64,000 nt of DNA from Solirubrobacterales bacterium (GTDB lineage Bacteria; Bacillota; Syntrophomonadia; Syntrophomonadales; DTU052): NCBI GenBank assembly GCA_050258755.1, contig JBLMZI010000009.1:6006-70005 (forward strand), written 5' to 3'. The translations under genes were made by a program, and so were the position numbers. Each line of letters starts with the position of its first letter. Positions within the stretch are counted from its first letter, which is position 1. Below are positions 16,990-27,139 of this stretch, piece after piece. The notes beneath the pieces were generated by a model that searched no databases, was not told the origin of the DNA, and was given only the letters and a program-made list of their open reading frames with translations.

Positions 16990-17748
16990 TCACAGCAAAA
17001 CCGTAAACGCCATGAAGCCATTCCACAGACCATGCGCGAGCCAGGCTGGGTACAGCGAATCCGTTTTTTCGTAAAGATAGGCCAGGATTACGCCTCCCAG
17101 CGACAGCGGCACCAACCGAACCCAATCAGCATGAACCGCCCCAAAAAATAGTCCCGCCAGCACTAGACCGCCGGCCACCCCGACATAGCGGCGCAAAACC
17201 GGATAGACCATGCCCCGGAAATAGGTTTCCTCCCACAACGGCATGATCACAGCGCCAAGCAGCAACAGCAGAACCTTTTCACCCAACCCCGCGGATTCGG
17301 ACAGCACGGTCTGGAAAGGCTGCGGTTCAAGGTGGGGCTGGAAATACTGCACGATCATGCTTATTCCAATCATGGCGGCGAACGCGGTCAGCCCGCCAAG
17401 GCCTCCCCAGATCGCCCACTTTTTAAATGATAGGCGGCGAAAGCCCATTTCGTTCAAGCCGACCCCACCTATCCAGGCCAGCAGCAGCAGGCCCGCCATC
17501 ATCACCAGAAACTGAACCAGGCTGACCAGCGTGAATTCGGCCACCGGCGAAATCGGCATTCCGTATTCGTACACGAGCCTTGAGTATAAGGCCGGTTCCT
17601 CATAAGAAAAAATCCAGTTAAACAGGATGATAAACAGAAAAAAACCGATCAGGTGGCCCCATTTCCATCCCGGCCGGACCGCACCCGCCGAAATGCTGTC
17701 AGCCGGTTCAACCGGCGGCCGATTCAAATCCTCCCTGTGCTCCATCAC
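16990..17748 (-). CDS. CPBP-family intramembrane glutamic endopeptidase (CAAX protease/Abi family)
   Basis: Polytopic protein with EExxxR (LWEETYFRG), FxxxH (FGAVH) and HxxxN (AHGLWNG) motifs. Confidence 0.8.
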   Translation of the reverse strand: MMEHREDLNRPPVEPADSISAGAVRPGWKWGHLIGFFLFIILFNWIFSYEEPALYSRLVYEYGMPISPVAEFTLVSLVQFLVMMAGLLLLAWIGGVGLNEMGFRRLSFKKWAIWGGLGGLTAFAAMIGISMIVQYFQPHLEPQPFQTVLSESAGLGEKVLLLLLGAVIMPLWEETYFRGMVYPVLRRYVGVAGGLVLAGLFFGAVHADWVRLVPLSLGGVILAYLYEKTDSLYPAWLAHGLWNGFMAFTVLL

Positions 17749-17846
17749 TATCTCCTTACGGGCTTACGGCCTAATTAAGCCTCTTTCCATCTGTATTCAA
17801 ACGCCCTCTGCGCTTATGATATCACACTGCCCGTTCGGGAAAAGCA

Positions 17847-19829
17847 TTACTCGGCTCCTGTTTCGACGGGGGCTTTGCGGTCAAGATACATGGAAACCGC
17901 CGTCACCAGGCCCGCATGGGACCAGGTCAGCGGGCAGACGGATAATGGGGCGCCGGTATATGGATGCATTTGTTCGGGGAGCAAACCCGCCGGCCCGGCC
18001 TGCGCCGACGCCCATTCGATCAAACGCCGGGCCCGCTCCAAATCGCCGGTTTTGTCGCGTTGAATCAGCCATTCCGCGACCCACAGAGTCGTAATAATCC
18101 AGGGATTGCCGGGTACATTCTCAAGATCCTCGCTCCGGCGATGATAGTAATCGCCGGTGTACCGGGCAACCCCGCCAATCGGCGTCTTGACCCAGAGATG
18201 TGCCGCGATCGCTTCCATGGTGGCTTCAATCCGCTCGTCGGATGGCTCAAAAACCCCGAACCCGACCAGTCCATACTGGCTGGCATCCAGCGTAAAATCA
18301 GGGTGGTAGGTCCCATCCGATTCCACATACAGGCCCCGCACAAACCGGCCAACCCCGGTGTGATACAATTGTTCGGCAATGGCCTGCTTTACCCGGCGGG
18401 CGGCGTTTTCGCAGATCCCGGCCAGATGGCCGTCATTCATGCTTTCCGCCATGTGGTTCCCGACCGCCAAGGCCCCATAAACCGAAGCGGCGGTAAATGA
18501 AAAAATACCCCGCCGTTCCTCCCACAGATCCCAGCTCAAACCCGGAAGCCCGGTCAGCGGATCGATGTAGCCCGCCAGAAACAACAAGGCGGGCTTGACC
18601 AGCGGTTCATAAAGTTCAGCCAGGACGTCGTAATCCCCGTACTGGCGGATATGCTCACCCAGTGCCCAGATCACCAGCGCGGTTTCGTCCTCCTGGATCG
18701 GCGGCACTTCCATCCCATGGAGTAGCCGTGGATGCCAGGTCGCGCCGACTGAACCGTCCGGGTTGTAACGCTGCAGAAAAAAGCCCTCCGGCTCAATGAC
18801 GGTGGCACAGAATTTGTAGATCCGCCGCGCTTCCTCTGGGTATCCCGCCTGGTCAAGGCTGCGCGCGATCAAGGCCGCATCGCGCGGCCAGAGATACATG
18901 TAATGGTCTCGGGCAAACTGAAAGGTATCCCCGTCCGGGCTGGCAACCACCGCACCTTTCCGTTCGATCTGGCTTCTGATGGTAAACAGACTGATTTCAT
19001 ACAGTGAAGCGACCGCCGGCGACAGATCCTGAAAATTCCGCTCCGCCCGTTTGATCCAGCTCCGGTAATGAAGACCGACATTGTGAAGCCATTCTTCGAT
19101 GGGCCGTTCCAGTAAATTGCGCTGAAGGGTCCGGACGTCAGAAAGCGAATAACCGCTGATCAGCCAGTAATCGATCACCTCGGACGCGTTCCCGGGAAGC
19201 TGAAGTAAGGCCGACAGTGCGCTGTCGACCGGGCCGTCCGCGATTGGATTCAAGGATAAACGGCCGTCTTCCGCATCCCGGAACGTGCCTTCTTTGCCGT
19301 GATAGCGCTTGACCCCGGCTGAGTATTCGATGGTCCCGCCGCCCGCGGGCCGGCAATTGGCCAGGATATAAATTCCCTTCTTATATTGATAGATTCCGCC
19401 GGTCTGCGGATCGAACACCGCTGAATCCCCGGCCTCGATACCCCGGATCGAAAAGTCCTGGTAGAACAGCACCCGAATTTCACGTGCTTCCGGTTTCAGG
19501 TTCCACACCCTGATGCGCTTCACATAGACATCTTCAGCTGGGTGCAGCGCATCCTGAATTTCCAGCCGAATTTTTAGTTCCGGGTGTTCCGCGCTAATCC
19601 GGGTAATCGGCGTATTGCCGACAACCCCAAAGCTGCGAATCCACTCCGGCTCGAACACCCAGACCATCCGGCCATCCACAAAGACCCCAAAACTGGTCCG
19701 GTTCCGATCGCCATGATTTTCAAATCCGCCGTAAGGCCAGTAAAAATCCCTGAGATTCAGCTCCCGGTCGAAATTGAGCATCATCGATCCATTTCCCAGA
19801 ACCACGTCACGCATGAAGATCCCTCGCAT
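17847..19829 (-). CDS. glycoside hydrolase family 15 (glucoamylase/glucodextranase-like)
   Basis: 660 aa. The N-terminal beta-sandwich is followed by an (alpha/alpha)6 region with YMYLWPRDAALIARSL and WDLWEERRG, characteristic of GH15. The start could be M1 or M6. Confidence 0.8.
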   Translation of the reverse strand: MRGIFMRDVVLGNGSMMLNFDRELNLRDFYWPYGGFENHGDRNRTSFGVFVDGRMVWVFEPEWIRSFGVVGNTPITRISAEHPELKIRLEIQDALHPAEDVYVKRIRVWNLKPEAREIRVLFYQDFSIRGIEAGDSAVFDPQTGGIYQYKKGIYILANCRPAGGGTIEYSAGVKRYHGKEGTFRDAEDGRLSLNPIADGPVDSALSALLQLPGNASEVIDYWLISGYSLSDVRTLQRNLLERPIEEWLHNVGLHYRSWIKRAERNFQDLSPAVASLYEISLFTIRSQIERKGAVVASPDGDTFQFARDHYMYLWPRDAALIARSLDQAGYPEEARRIYKFCATVIEPEGFFLQRYNPDGSVGATWHPRLLHGMEVPPIQEDETALVIWALGEHIRQYGDYDVLAELYEPLVKPALLFLAGYIDPLTGLPGLSWDLWEERRGIFSFTAASVYGALAVGNHMAESMNDGHLAGICENAARRVKQAIAEQLYHTGVGRFVRGLYVESDGTYHPDFTLDASQYGLVGFGVFEPSDERIEATMEAIAAHLWVKTPIGGVARYTGDYYHRRSEDLENVPGNPWIITTLWVAEWLIQRDKTGDLERARRLIEWASAQAGPAGLLPEQMHPYTGAPLSVCPLTWSHAGLVTAVSMYLDRKAPVETGAE

Positions 19830-19936
19830 GAATCAAAATCGGTTTGGGGAAAAATATCCGCGGACTCATTATGTCTCAAATCAAGCGGTTTTATTTGATG
19901 AAGCTGTAGGCAGAAAAACGAAAGGAGGAATGGCTT

Positions 19937-20605
19937 ATGAATCTGGTGCTGGCAATTTTCGCGGTGCTCTTCCTGTTGGCATTGGCATCCTTTTATTTCA
20001 TTCTGCCGGCCGGGCGCCGGCTGGGTGAGCGCAAACCGGCTGTGGGTCCGGAGCCCCGGTTTGCGCCGGAAGAGATTCTTTCCGAGGAATACGCCCTGGA
20101 AGTGGCTCCTATCCCCTGGCCAACTGCCGTGCCGGTGGCCGAACTGCCGCTTTCCTACGAGGAAACCCGGCTGACCTTGCTGGTGCGCGATCCGGAATGG
20201 CTTTTTGCCTATTGGGAAATCAGCCCTGATGATTGGGACCGGCTGCGCGGTCAGCATGGCGATCAACTCTTCCGGCTAGAGCACATCGTGCTTCGTATCG
20301 CTGAAATGGCGGGGGACATGGCATCCTTCGAACTGAACGTGGGCGGGCTGCGCGGCGAATGGCACATCCGGGTGGGCCGGCCTGACACCGCCTATTACGG
20401 CATTCTCGGAGTCCGGCACGGAGACCGCTTCGTCCCGGTGTGCAGTTCCAATGCCGTGATTACCCCACGCAGCGGCTTTTCCAATCAATACGATGACGAA
20501 TGGATGCTGGTCAATGATCATGAACAGCGATTGCTGAAACAGATCGGCGAACTGCCGATTGACCTGACCTCGCCATTTATGTTCAGAAAGGATGGTTCAG
20601 TTTGA
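19937..20605 (+). CDS. DUF4912-like protein with N-terminal membrane anchor
   Basis: 222 aa. LTLLVRDPEWLFAYWEISPDDWDRL is the DUF4912 hallmark as I recall it. The stop overlaps the GH57 start, suggesting translational coupling. Confidence 0.6.
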   Translation: MNLVLAIFAVLFLLALASFYFILPAGRRLGERKPAVGPEPRFAPEEILSEEYALEVAPIPWPTAVPVAELPLSYEETRLTLLVRDPEWLFAYWEISPDDWDRLRGQHGDQLFRLEHIVLRIAEMAGDMASFELNVGGLRGEWHIRVGRPDTAYYGILGVRHGDRFVPVCSSNAVITPRSGFSNQYDDEWMLVNDHEQRLLKQIGELPIDLTSPFMFRKDGSV

Positions 20606-22203
20606 CCAAAGGACTGATCGCCCTGGTGCTCCACGCACACCTGCCTTATGTCCGGCATGCCGAAAACCAGGAACTGCTGGAGGAGCGCTGGTTTTATGAG
20701 GCAATGACCGAAACCTATGTTCCGCTGGTCCGCATCCTCCAGGGACTGCTTCGCGACGGGATCGACTTTCGCGTCACCATATCGCTCAGCCCGCCGCTGA
20801 TCAGCATGATGCAGGACGAACTGGTCATGCGCAAATACCGTCATCACATGGACGGTATACTCCAATTGGCCGAGGCTGAACTGAAACGAAACGAAGACCA
20901 TCCGAAGTTTCGCTACACCTCGCAGATGTACGCCCGGCGTTTTCGGGAAGTCTATGACGAGGTCTTTACCTACCACGGCGGTAATTTGCTGAATGCCTTC
21001 CGTGAATTGGACCGTTCCGGCAAGGTCGAGTTGATCACGTCCTGCGCCACTCACGGTTTTCTCCCGCTGATCGGCACTTCGGACGAGATCGTCCGGGCTC
21101 AGGTTGCGGCCGGTGTTGGTCTGTTCCGCAACGTATTCGGGCACAATCCGCGCGGCATCTGGCTCCCGGAATGCGGCTACCGTCCTGGTCAGGACGCGAT
21201 TCTGCGCGAATTTGGGCTTCGGTATTTCCTGGCCGAAACCCATGGGGTGCTTTACGCATCCCGCCGACCGAAGTATGGGATTTACGCGCCGATTTACTGC
21301 CCGTCCGGCATCGCCGCCTTCGGCCGCGATACGGAATCGTCAAAACAGGTTTGGAGCTCCCAGGAAGGCTACCCGGGTGACGCGGACTACCGCGAGTTTT
21401 ACCGGGACATCGGCTACGATCTGGATTATGACCTGATCCGCGGCTACCTCCCGTCCGGCATCCGCGTCGATACCGGCTTCAAGTACTACCGGATTACCGG
21501 CAAAACCGAACATAAGGAACCGTATGAACCGGATTGGGCCTTTGAAAAAACCGCTCTGCACGCCGGCAACTTTATGTTCAATCGGGAAAAACAGCTTGAA
21601 TACCTGGCCGATTTGATGGATCGGCAGCCTTTGATCGTTGCGCCCTATGACGCCGAACTGTTCGGCCACTGGTGGTGGGAAGGCCCTGACTTCCTGAGCC
21701 ATTTCATGCGCAAATCGGCCTACGACCAGTCCGTCTACCGGCTGGTCACCCCGAGCGAATACCTGTCACTCTATCCGGTCAATCAGGTCGCGGTGCCGAA
21801 TTCCTCCAGCTGGGGGCATAAAGGATACAACGAGGTCTGGCTGGAACAATCCAACGAATGGATTTACCGGCACCTGCACAAGGCCGGCGAACGCATGATT
21901 CAATTGGCCAACCAGCATCCCTGGGCCGACGGCCTGCGGGCCCGGGCTCTCAATCAGGCAGCTCGGGAACTGCTGCTGGCACAGTCCTCCGACTGGGCCT
22001 TTATTATGAAATCGGGAACCATGGTCGATTACGCGGTGCGCCGCACCAAAGAACATCTGAACCATTTCCATCGCCTTTATTACGCTATCCAGGAAGACCG
22101 GGTCGACCCTGAGTGGCTTTGGAGCCTGGAAGAAAACAACAACATCTTCCCCCATCTCAGTTACCGCATCTTTTCGACCGACTACCGCGGTCAAGCCGTG
22201 TAA
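20602..22203 (+). CDS. GH57-family 1,4-alpha-glucan branching enzyme
   Basis: 533 aa. LIALVLHAHLPYVRH..WFYEAMTETYVPL..ELITSCATHGFLPL..APYDAELFGHWWWEG matches GH57 branching enzymes with the C-terminal DUF1957-type region. Confidence 0.8.
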   Translation: MTKGLIALVLHAHLPYVRHAENQELLEERWFYEAMTETYVPLVRILQGLLRDGIDFRVTISLSPPLISMMQDELVMRKYRHHMDGILQLAEAELKRNEDHPKFRYTSQMYARRFREVYDEVFTYHGGNLLNAFRELDRSGKVELITSCATHGFLPLIGTSDEIVRAQVAAGVGLFRNVFGHNPRGIWLPECGYRPGQDAILREFGLRYFLAETHGVLYASRRPKYGIYAPIYCPSGIAAFGRDTESSKQVWSSQEGYPGDADYREFYRDIGYDLDYDLIRGYLPSGIRVDTGFKYYRITGKTEHKEPYEPDWAFEKTALHAGNFMFNREKQLEYLADLMDRQPLIVAPYDAELFGHWWWEGPDFLSHFMRKSAYDQSVYRLVTPSEYLSLYPVNQVAVPNSSSWGHKGYNEVWLEQSNEWIYRHLHKAGERMIQLANQHPWADGLRARALNQAARELLLAQSSDWAFIMKSGTMVDYAVRRTKEHLNHFHRLYYAIQEDRVDPEWLWSLEENNNIFPHLSYRIFSTDYRGQAV

Positions 22204-22216
22204 ACGACATCAACAA

Positions 22217-22252
22217 AAAGCGGCTTCCAGGCAACTGGAAGCCGCTTTATTT
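22217..22252. terminator. bidirectional intrinsic terminator (GH57 / crotonase convergent pair)
   Basis: aaagcggcttccag-gcaa-ctggaagccgcttt forms a 14-bp stem with flanking A/T runs. Confidence 0.8.
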
Positions 22253-22269
22253 GATTCAGGCTTTGGGGT

Positions 22270-23052
22270 CTATTTACCAGTAAAGTTCGGTTTGCGTTTC
22301 TGGATAAACGCCTGGCAGCCTTCTTTAAAGTCGTCCGAAGACCAGGTCAAAACCTGATACATGGCTTCCAGCTCAGCTTGTTTGTAAAAATCGTTGTGGT
22401 ACGCTTCGCGCAGCAGTTTCTTGTCAAGCTTGATCGCCAGCAGCGGACCAGCGGCGAGCTGCTCGGCCCATTTCATCGCTTCGTCCAGCAACTGCTCGGG
22501 CGGAACGATTTTGTTGATCAGGCCCAGGTCGAATCCCTCCTGCGCGGTCAGCAGTTTGCCGAAATACAAAATTTCCGCAGCCTTTTGATACCCTACCTTT
22601 TTCACCAGAAAATGCGAACATCCGCTGTCCGGGCAGAACGCAATCTGGGCAAAGGTAAAGCCGAGTTTGGCTTTTTCCGATGCAATGACCAGGTCGCAGC
22701 CCATCATCAATGAGGTCGAGGCGCCGGCCACCGGCCCATTCAGAGCCGCAATCACCGGTTTTTCAATTTCGTAGAATGCCTGAACCGCCGAGGTCGAGGC
22801 ATCATAAGTCAGTTTCGCCTTTGCCGGGCTGTCCATGCCAAACAACAGTGCGATGTCGCCGCCGGAGGAAAATCCTTTTCCCGCTCCGGTTACGACCACG
22901 ACCTTGACGTTTTCATCCTGATTGGCCTGATTTGCGACTGCCACCATGTCCTGGACCAGTCCTAAATTGAACGCGTTCATGGCTTCCGGCCGGTTCAGCG
23001 TGATCAAGGCCACACCCGATTCGGTGACTTCGTACTTTACATTTTCATACAT
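22270..23052 (-). CDS. enoyl-CoA hydratase/isomerase (crotonase family)
   Basis: 260 aa. VVVTGAGKGFSSGGDI and NGPVAGASTSLMMGCDL form the oxyanion-hole segments. Confidence 0.85.
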   Translation of the reverse strand: MYENVKYEVTESGVALITLNRPEAMNAFNLGLVQDMVAVANQANQDENVKVVVVTGAGKGFSSGGDIALLFGMDSPAKAKLTYDASTSAVQAFYEIEKPVIAALNGPVAGASTSLMMGCDLVIASEKAKLGFTFAQIAFCPDSGCSHFLVKKVGYQKAAEILYFGKLLTAQEGFDLGLINKIVPPEQLLDEAMKWAEQLAAGPLLAIKLDKKLLREAYHNDFYKQAELEAMYQVLTWSSDDFKEGCQAFIQKRKPNFTGK

Positions 23053-23278
23053 TGAATGATCGCCCCCGTATTATTTTTGCTGTCTTTTGTGGCCCGGCCG
23101 ATAACCTAACGTGTTCGAAATATCCCGGGCTATAAGATTTGATCCGCTTACTAATTCCACAGGTGCGTTCAGAATCCTCTTTCCCGTTCGCACTTTTGCC
23201 GTGCTGAGTCACCGATCCGCTGACTGTAATGACCGGCTAACGGGCAAGCTATACAAAACGTTTGAAGAGAGTGGAACC

Positions 23279-24298
23279 GTGAGCCGTAATCAGTCTTTTC
23301 GTCGATGGATTGCTCTGCTGAGCATTGGTCTCTTTGCCGCCCTGCTGGCTGCCGGGTGTGGTGGAGGCGGCGGTAAGTCGCCAGCCTCAAAGCCCGCACC
23401 GAAACCGCCTGCATCCCTGGAAGCCATGAATCGGGATCTGACCGGACTGCTCGGCATGATTGACCAAAAAGTTCAGAAAGCGCGCAAACCAGCCGGAGAT
23501 ATCGGCATGACCCCGCAAACCGGGTCGGCGGGGACGGCCGCTAAATCCCCGAAAAGCACCGCACCCGGAACGTCCAAAACATCATCAGCGGGCGCTTCAC
23601 AGGGCAGCAGCACCAAGAAATCCGTTTCCGGTTCAACCAATCAGAACTCAATAAGCGGAATGGGCCGGACCGGCGGCAGCGGGGGCGGCTCAACCAAGAC
23701 CGGCGGCCAGAGCCCGGGACAACCTGCGGCCAAGCCCGGGCAAACTCAGAAACCGAAAAACCCCTGGCAGCCCGAAGAAAAGCTGGTTGAAAAACTGAAC
23801 AAGGATTGGAACCGGCTTGAGCCGGATGCTTCGTCACACGGGTTTTCACCGGCTGACAGTGAAAGGCTGGAAGCCAGCCTGAACCAGCTGACAACGGCGG
23901 TTTTATCCCGGGATCTTACCCAGGCCGAACATCAGGCCAATTTGCTGTATGGCGAAGTAACCGAACTGTCCGCCCGGTTCCCCGGCACCAATCCCGCTGA
24001 AATCGGCCGGCTTCGTTTCCACCTGCGGGAAAGCCGCCGGCTGGCTCAATTGGGCGACTGGGCCCAGGCCTCGACCCAGGCGGCTGACGGCGTAACGGCC
24101 TGGCGCAGCCTGTCCCCGCAGCTCAAGGATTCGCCTTCGACAGCCCTGCAGCAGATGAATCACGCCATTACCGACGTGGAAAACAGCATCCGGGAGCAGA
24201 ATGAGGCCATTACAACCCTGAAGACCGGGATTGCGCTCGCGGATCTCGATCAACTTGAAAAACATCTGAAAGCCAAAACCGGCCTGACCGGGGGTTAG
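23279..24298 (+). CDS. lipoprotein, low-complexity S/G/T/K/P-rich linker plus helical C-terminal region, function unknown
   Basis: Track ORF 23111..24298. I prefer GTG 23279 because it gives VSRNQSFRRWIALLSIGLFAALLAAGC, a signal peptide plus lipobox. The upstream part has no coding look. Confidence 0.55.
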   Translation: MSRNQSFRRWIALLSIGLFAALLAAGCGGGGGKSPASKPAPKPPASLEAMNRDLTGLLGMIDQKVQKARKPAGDIGMTPQTGSAGTAAKSPKSTAPGTSKTSSAGASQGSSTKKSVSGSTNQNSISGMGRTGGSGGGSTKTGGQSPGQPAAKPGQTQKPKNPWQPEEKLVEKLNKDWNRLEPDASSHGFSPADSERLEASLNQLTTAVLSRDLTQAEHQANLLYGEVTELSARFPGTNPAEIGRLRFHLRESRRLAQLGDWAQASTQAADGVTAWRSLSPQLKDSPSTALQQMNHAITDVENSIREQNEAITTLKTGIALADLDQLEKHLKAKTGLTGG

Positions 24299-24669
24299 TC
24301 GTAGAGATCAACACCCTGGGCGGCCATCCGGTCAATAAATGCTTTCCGGCAGCCACAGCGGGCATCATGTTCACAGAATTCCGTCGCGGACCGGCTGGCG
24401 GCCGTTTTTTTCAACTGGCCGAACCGGTCGGCCGCCGCGCGCTGGCGCCGGGAAACATACACATAGGCTGCCGAAGCTCCCAACCAGAAGCCCATCGCCC
24501 AGATCCCGGCCTGACCGCTGCCAAACAGCACGGAAGGCATCCAAACCAACCCTGCCACCAGCAATGCTGTGGCCACCCAAAAGACCAGCCCTGAAATCGT
24601 CTCATGACGCGCCTGAACCTGAAGCTCGTTATGTGCCGCAATCAACCGTCTTTCCAGGTTTTCCTGCAT
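24295..24669 (-). CDS. small membrane protein (2 TM) with C-terminal Cys motif, unknown function
   Basis: Track ORF 24295..24771. I prefer ATG 24667-24669, with a GGAGGCGGCGGA RBS. Two hydrophobic helices are followed by CEHDARCGC. Confidence 0.45.
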   Translation of the reverse strand: MQENLERRLIAAHNELQVQARHETISGLVFWVATALLVAGLVWMPSVLFGSGQAGIWAMGFWLGASAAYVYVSRRQRAAADRFGQLKKTAASRSATEFCEHDARCGCRKAFIDRMAAQGVDLYD

Positions 24670-24790
24670 TCCGCCGCCTCCTTGTCGCACTCCAATGCCG
24701 CAAGTACAATCCATTCTCCTTTCCCGATTCCGGGAACCGGTGGTATGATGATAAAGAAATTTGAATCGCACTGGAGCTTAATGCTTAACC

Positions 24791-25225
24791 ATGAATTACG
24801 TTTTCATCAGCGCGGCTGCCCTGATAATCATTCTATATTCACCCTACTTCCTGGCTATTCTGGCCGGACGGCCTGAACGGTTTGAAAAGATGCTTCTGAC
24901 CGAAATGGTCTCTTACACGGCCGAACGCAGCCGTGATCACTTATGGCGCTTCTTCCTGATTCTGCTGCTCCCGACGACCTTAATGGAAGCCGGGTATTTC
25001 GGGCTGACCGTCGCCGTATTCGACAGCACGATCTTCCTGGGGATTTCACTTGGCTTCGCGCTTTTTGAATTGTTTCATTTGGTTCGGTATGTCTGGCTCT
25101 TCCGGCGGTACCAGCGCGGTACCCTTGAGATTGGCGAACTGCTGGACTGGCAGATGGAACGGATGAGCTGCCTGCTTTTTGTCGGCCACGCTCTGGCCGG
25201 TACCTTGATCCTGCTCATTCTGTAG
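24791..25225 (+). CDS. membrane protein, unknown function
   Basis: 144 aa with four predicted hydrophobic segments. I recognise no motif. Confidence 0.45.
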   Translation: MNYVFISAAALIIILYSPYFLAILAGRPERFEKMLLTEMVSYTAERSRDHLWRFFLILLLPTTLMEAGYFGLTVAVFDSTIFLGISLGFALFELFHLVRYVWLFRRYQRGTLEIGELLDWQMERMSCLLFVGHALAGTLILLIL

Positions 25226-25405
25226 AGAACGGCGTTATAAACCCATTTTGACAAACAGAGCAAACCGAAGACTTTCTTCGGTTTGCTCTTTGCTTTCATG
25301 GTCGGACTCCTCGCCAAATTGCCGGCGCCGAGTGCAGTCTATGAATATTTTTCAGTCAATTCAAGCACGCTATGGATAAATCAAAAGAAGGAGGGCCATG
25401 TCTTC

Positions 25406-25786
25406 ATGCAAAACCTGTTGGTGAAACTCGTGCTCTTTCCGGCGATCGTATGGCTGTCGACCGTCATCTTTACTCAGGTGCATTACGCCAGTTTTGCGCA
25501 AATTCTCGGGGTTGGCTGGGCGATTGCGGTGCTGTCCTACTTTGCGGACGAATACTTGATTGTACACAACAATTTCACCGGGGACCGCCAATGGTGGCCG
25601 CTGGCCGGCGATTTCATTATCGCTATGGTCGTCGTTTGGGCATCCTCAGGCATCCTGCCGGGCGCCAGAATTACGTTCCTCGGCGCAGCCTTCACCACCA
25701 TTTTGTTAACCATTGCGGAATACGCCATCCACCAGTGGCTGTTCGGCCGGCTGAAAGACCATGCCGGCGGAGATACCGTCGACTAG
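25406..25786 (+). CDS. small membrane protein (possibly DUF2512-like)
   Basis: Track ORF 25283..25786. I prefer ATG 25406, with AAGGAGG upstream. MQNLLVKLVLFPAIVWL.. has four hydrophobic helices. The family assignment is tentative. Confidence 0.45.
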   Translation: MQNLLVKLVLFPAIVWLSTVIFTQVHYASFAQILGVGWAIAVLSYFADEYLIVHNNFTGDRQWWPLAGDFIIAMVVVWASSGILPGARITFLGAAFTTILLTIAEYAIHQWLFGRLKDHAGGDTVD

Positions 25787-26928
25787 GGGGAAGCCGTTTC
25801 CCGTTCGGAATCGAATGGAATCGTCAGGCAATCGTTTTCGACCAGACACCTGGTTCCCAGGCGTCTGGTCATTTCATTGACCTGAGATAACAACTGTAAT
25901 GCATCCGGGCCGGTCATCTGATAAGGTTGGCTTTTATCGATAAAAACAGGTAAAACGGAGACACTCTTCACACCCCGTTTGGCAAGCCGGGTTTGAAGGA
26001 TCAATCCCTGCCGGGTATTGACATGATTGTTCTGATCAAAGACGAAATTGCCGAGGCTGTAGGCGATCAGGCCATTATTATACCGTTCCACTCCCTGAAT
26101 GACATGGGGATGGTGGCCGATAATCAGGGTGGCCCCTTGATCAATCAGGCGGTGGGCCAGTTTCACCTGGTCGGGCTGGGGGGTATGCTGGTATTCAACA
26201 CCCCAGTGCAGTGAAATCACCACGATATCCACCCGCGGCTTCAACGCGGCAAGATCCTCAAGGATCATTTCCTCTTCCAGCGGCGCCACGCCGCTTCGTT
26301 CCTCGGTTGCCCGGAAAGGCCGCTTATACCCGGCGTGGAACCAGGTATCGGCAAAGATGGTGTACGCCAGAAACCCGACACGGACCCCATCTTTCTCAAT
26401 AATGACCGGCTGTCGGGCCTCATCGATGTTTTCCCCGGCCCCAACCGCCGCCACGCCCTTTTCCCAGAGCAGGTTCAGGGTATCCTCCAGGGCCTCGGAA
26501 TCGTAGTCCACCGCGTGATTATTCGCAACACTCAGGACGTCAAAGCCGGTCTGGGCCAGGATTTGGGCCATGACCGGCCGGCCCCGGAACGCGATCTGCT
26601 TTCCGGGCATCGCGCGCCCGCGCCCGGATATTGGCGACTCCAGATTTCCAAACGTCAAATCGGCATCCCGGAGCAGCGCCTGGATTTCGACAAACGGGTA
26701 ATCGTCTCCGTACCGCAGGGTCAGCGTATTTAAGCTTCTGGCCAGCATGATATCCCCGACCGCAAGCAAAGTCACTGTATTCGTCGACTCCTGCTTCGGC
26801 AGCGGCTGGCTGGTGCCTGCCATTGGTGCTTGTTGTGCAAGCCGCCAGCTCATGATCATTCCGCCCACAATCAGCATCAATAGGACCAGAATAACCAGCA
26901 GCGGCTTCTGTCTTCCTTCCCCAGTCAA
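25783..26928 (-). CDS. CapA/PgsA-family membrane-anchored metallophosphatase-fold protein
   Basis: Track ORF 25783..27000. I prefer TTG 26926-26928, with AAGGAGAG upstream. After the TM anchor come LLAVGDIMLARS, GNLESP, SVANNHAVDYD and IIGHHPHVIQG, the CapA pattern. Confidence 0.75.
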   Translation of the reverse strand: MTGEGRQKPLLVILVLLMLIVGGMIMSWRLAQQAPMAGTSQPLPKQESTNTVTLLAVGDIMLARSLNTLTLRYGDDYPFVEIQALLRDADLTFGNLESPISGRGRAMPGKQIAFRGRPVMAQILAQTGFDVLSVANNHAVDYDSEALEDTLNLLWEKGVAAVGAGENIDEARQPVIIEKDGVRVGFLAYTIFADTWFHAGYKRPFRATEERSGVAPLEEEMILEDLAALKPRVDIVVISLHWGVEYQHTPQPDQVKLAHRLIDQGATLIIGHHPHVIQGVERYNNGLIAYSLGNFVFDQNNHVNTRQGLILQTRLAKRGVKSVSVLPVFIDKSQPYQMTGPDALQLLSQVNEMTRRLGTRCLVENDCLTIPFDSERETASP

Positions 26929-26950
26929 CCGTTCTCTCCTTATTCCTTCA

Positions 26951-27106
26951 CTAACCCAGGGTATCCTCTCCCCCGGATGTTCCCTGGGCAAACCAATCAT
27001 TGAGCGCCCGATCGATAATCAGGTCAGCCGGTTCCCCCAAATACTCAACTTCGGACTGGAGCCGGCTGAAGACCATATCAGACAGATTTACACTAATTCT
27101 CGGCAT
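26951..27106 (-). CDS. ribbon-helix-helix (CopG/Arc-like) small protein
   Basis: Track ORF 26951..27136. I prefer ATG 27104-27106, with GAGGAG upstream. MPRISVNLSDMVFSRLQSEVEYLGEPADLIIDRALNDWF reads as a beta-strand plus two helices. Confidence 0.5.
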   Translation of the reverse strand: MPRISVNLSDMVFSRLQSEVEYLGEPADLIIDRALNDWFAQGTSGGEDTLG

Positions 27107-27139
27107 TTTCGCTTGACTCCTCTTTTTTCGTTTCAAACT

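Noticed and set aside
23111-23278. Upstream 56 codons of the lipoprotein ORF. There are similar track-derived N-terminal extensions at 5384-5485, 16860-16928, 26929-27000, 27617-27754, 30415-30486, 47618-47722, 52957-53070 and 52993-53172.
   Set aside because: In each case an internal start with a good RBS yields a canonical N-terminus (signal peptide, family-typical first residues). The extension often overlaps the upstream gene or its terminator.
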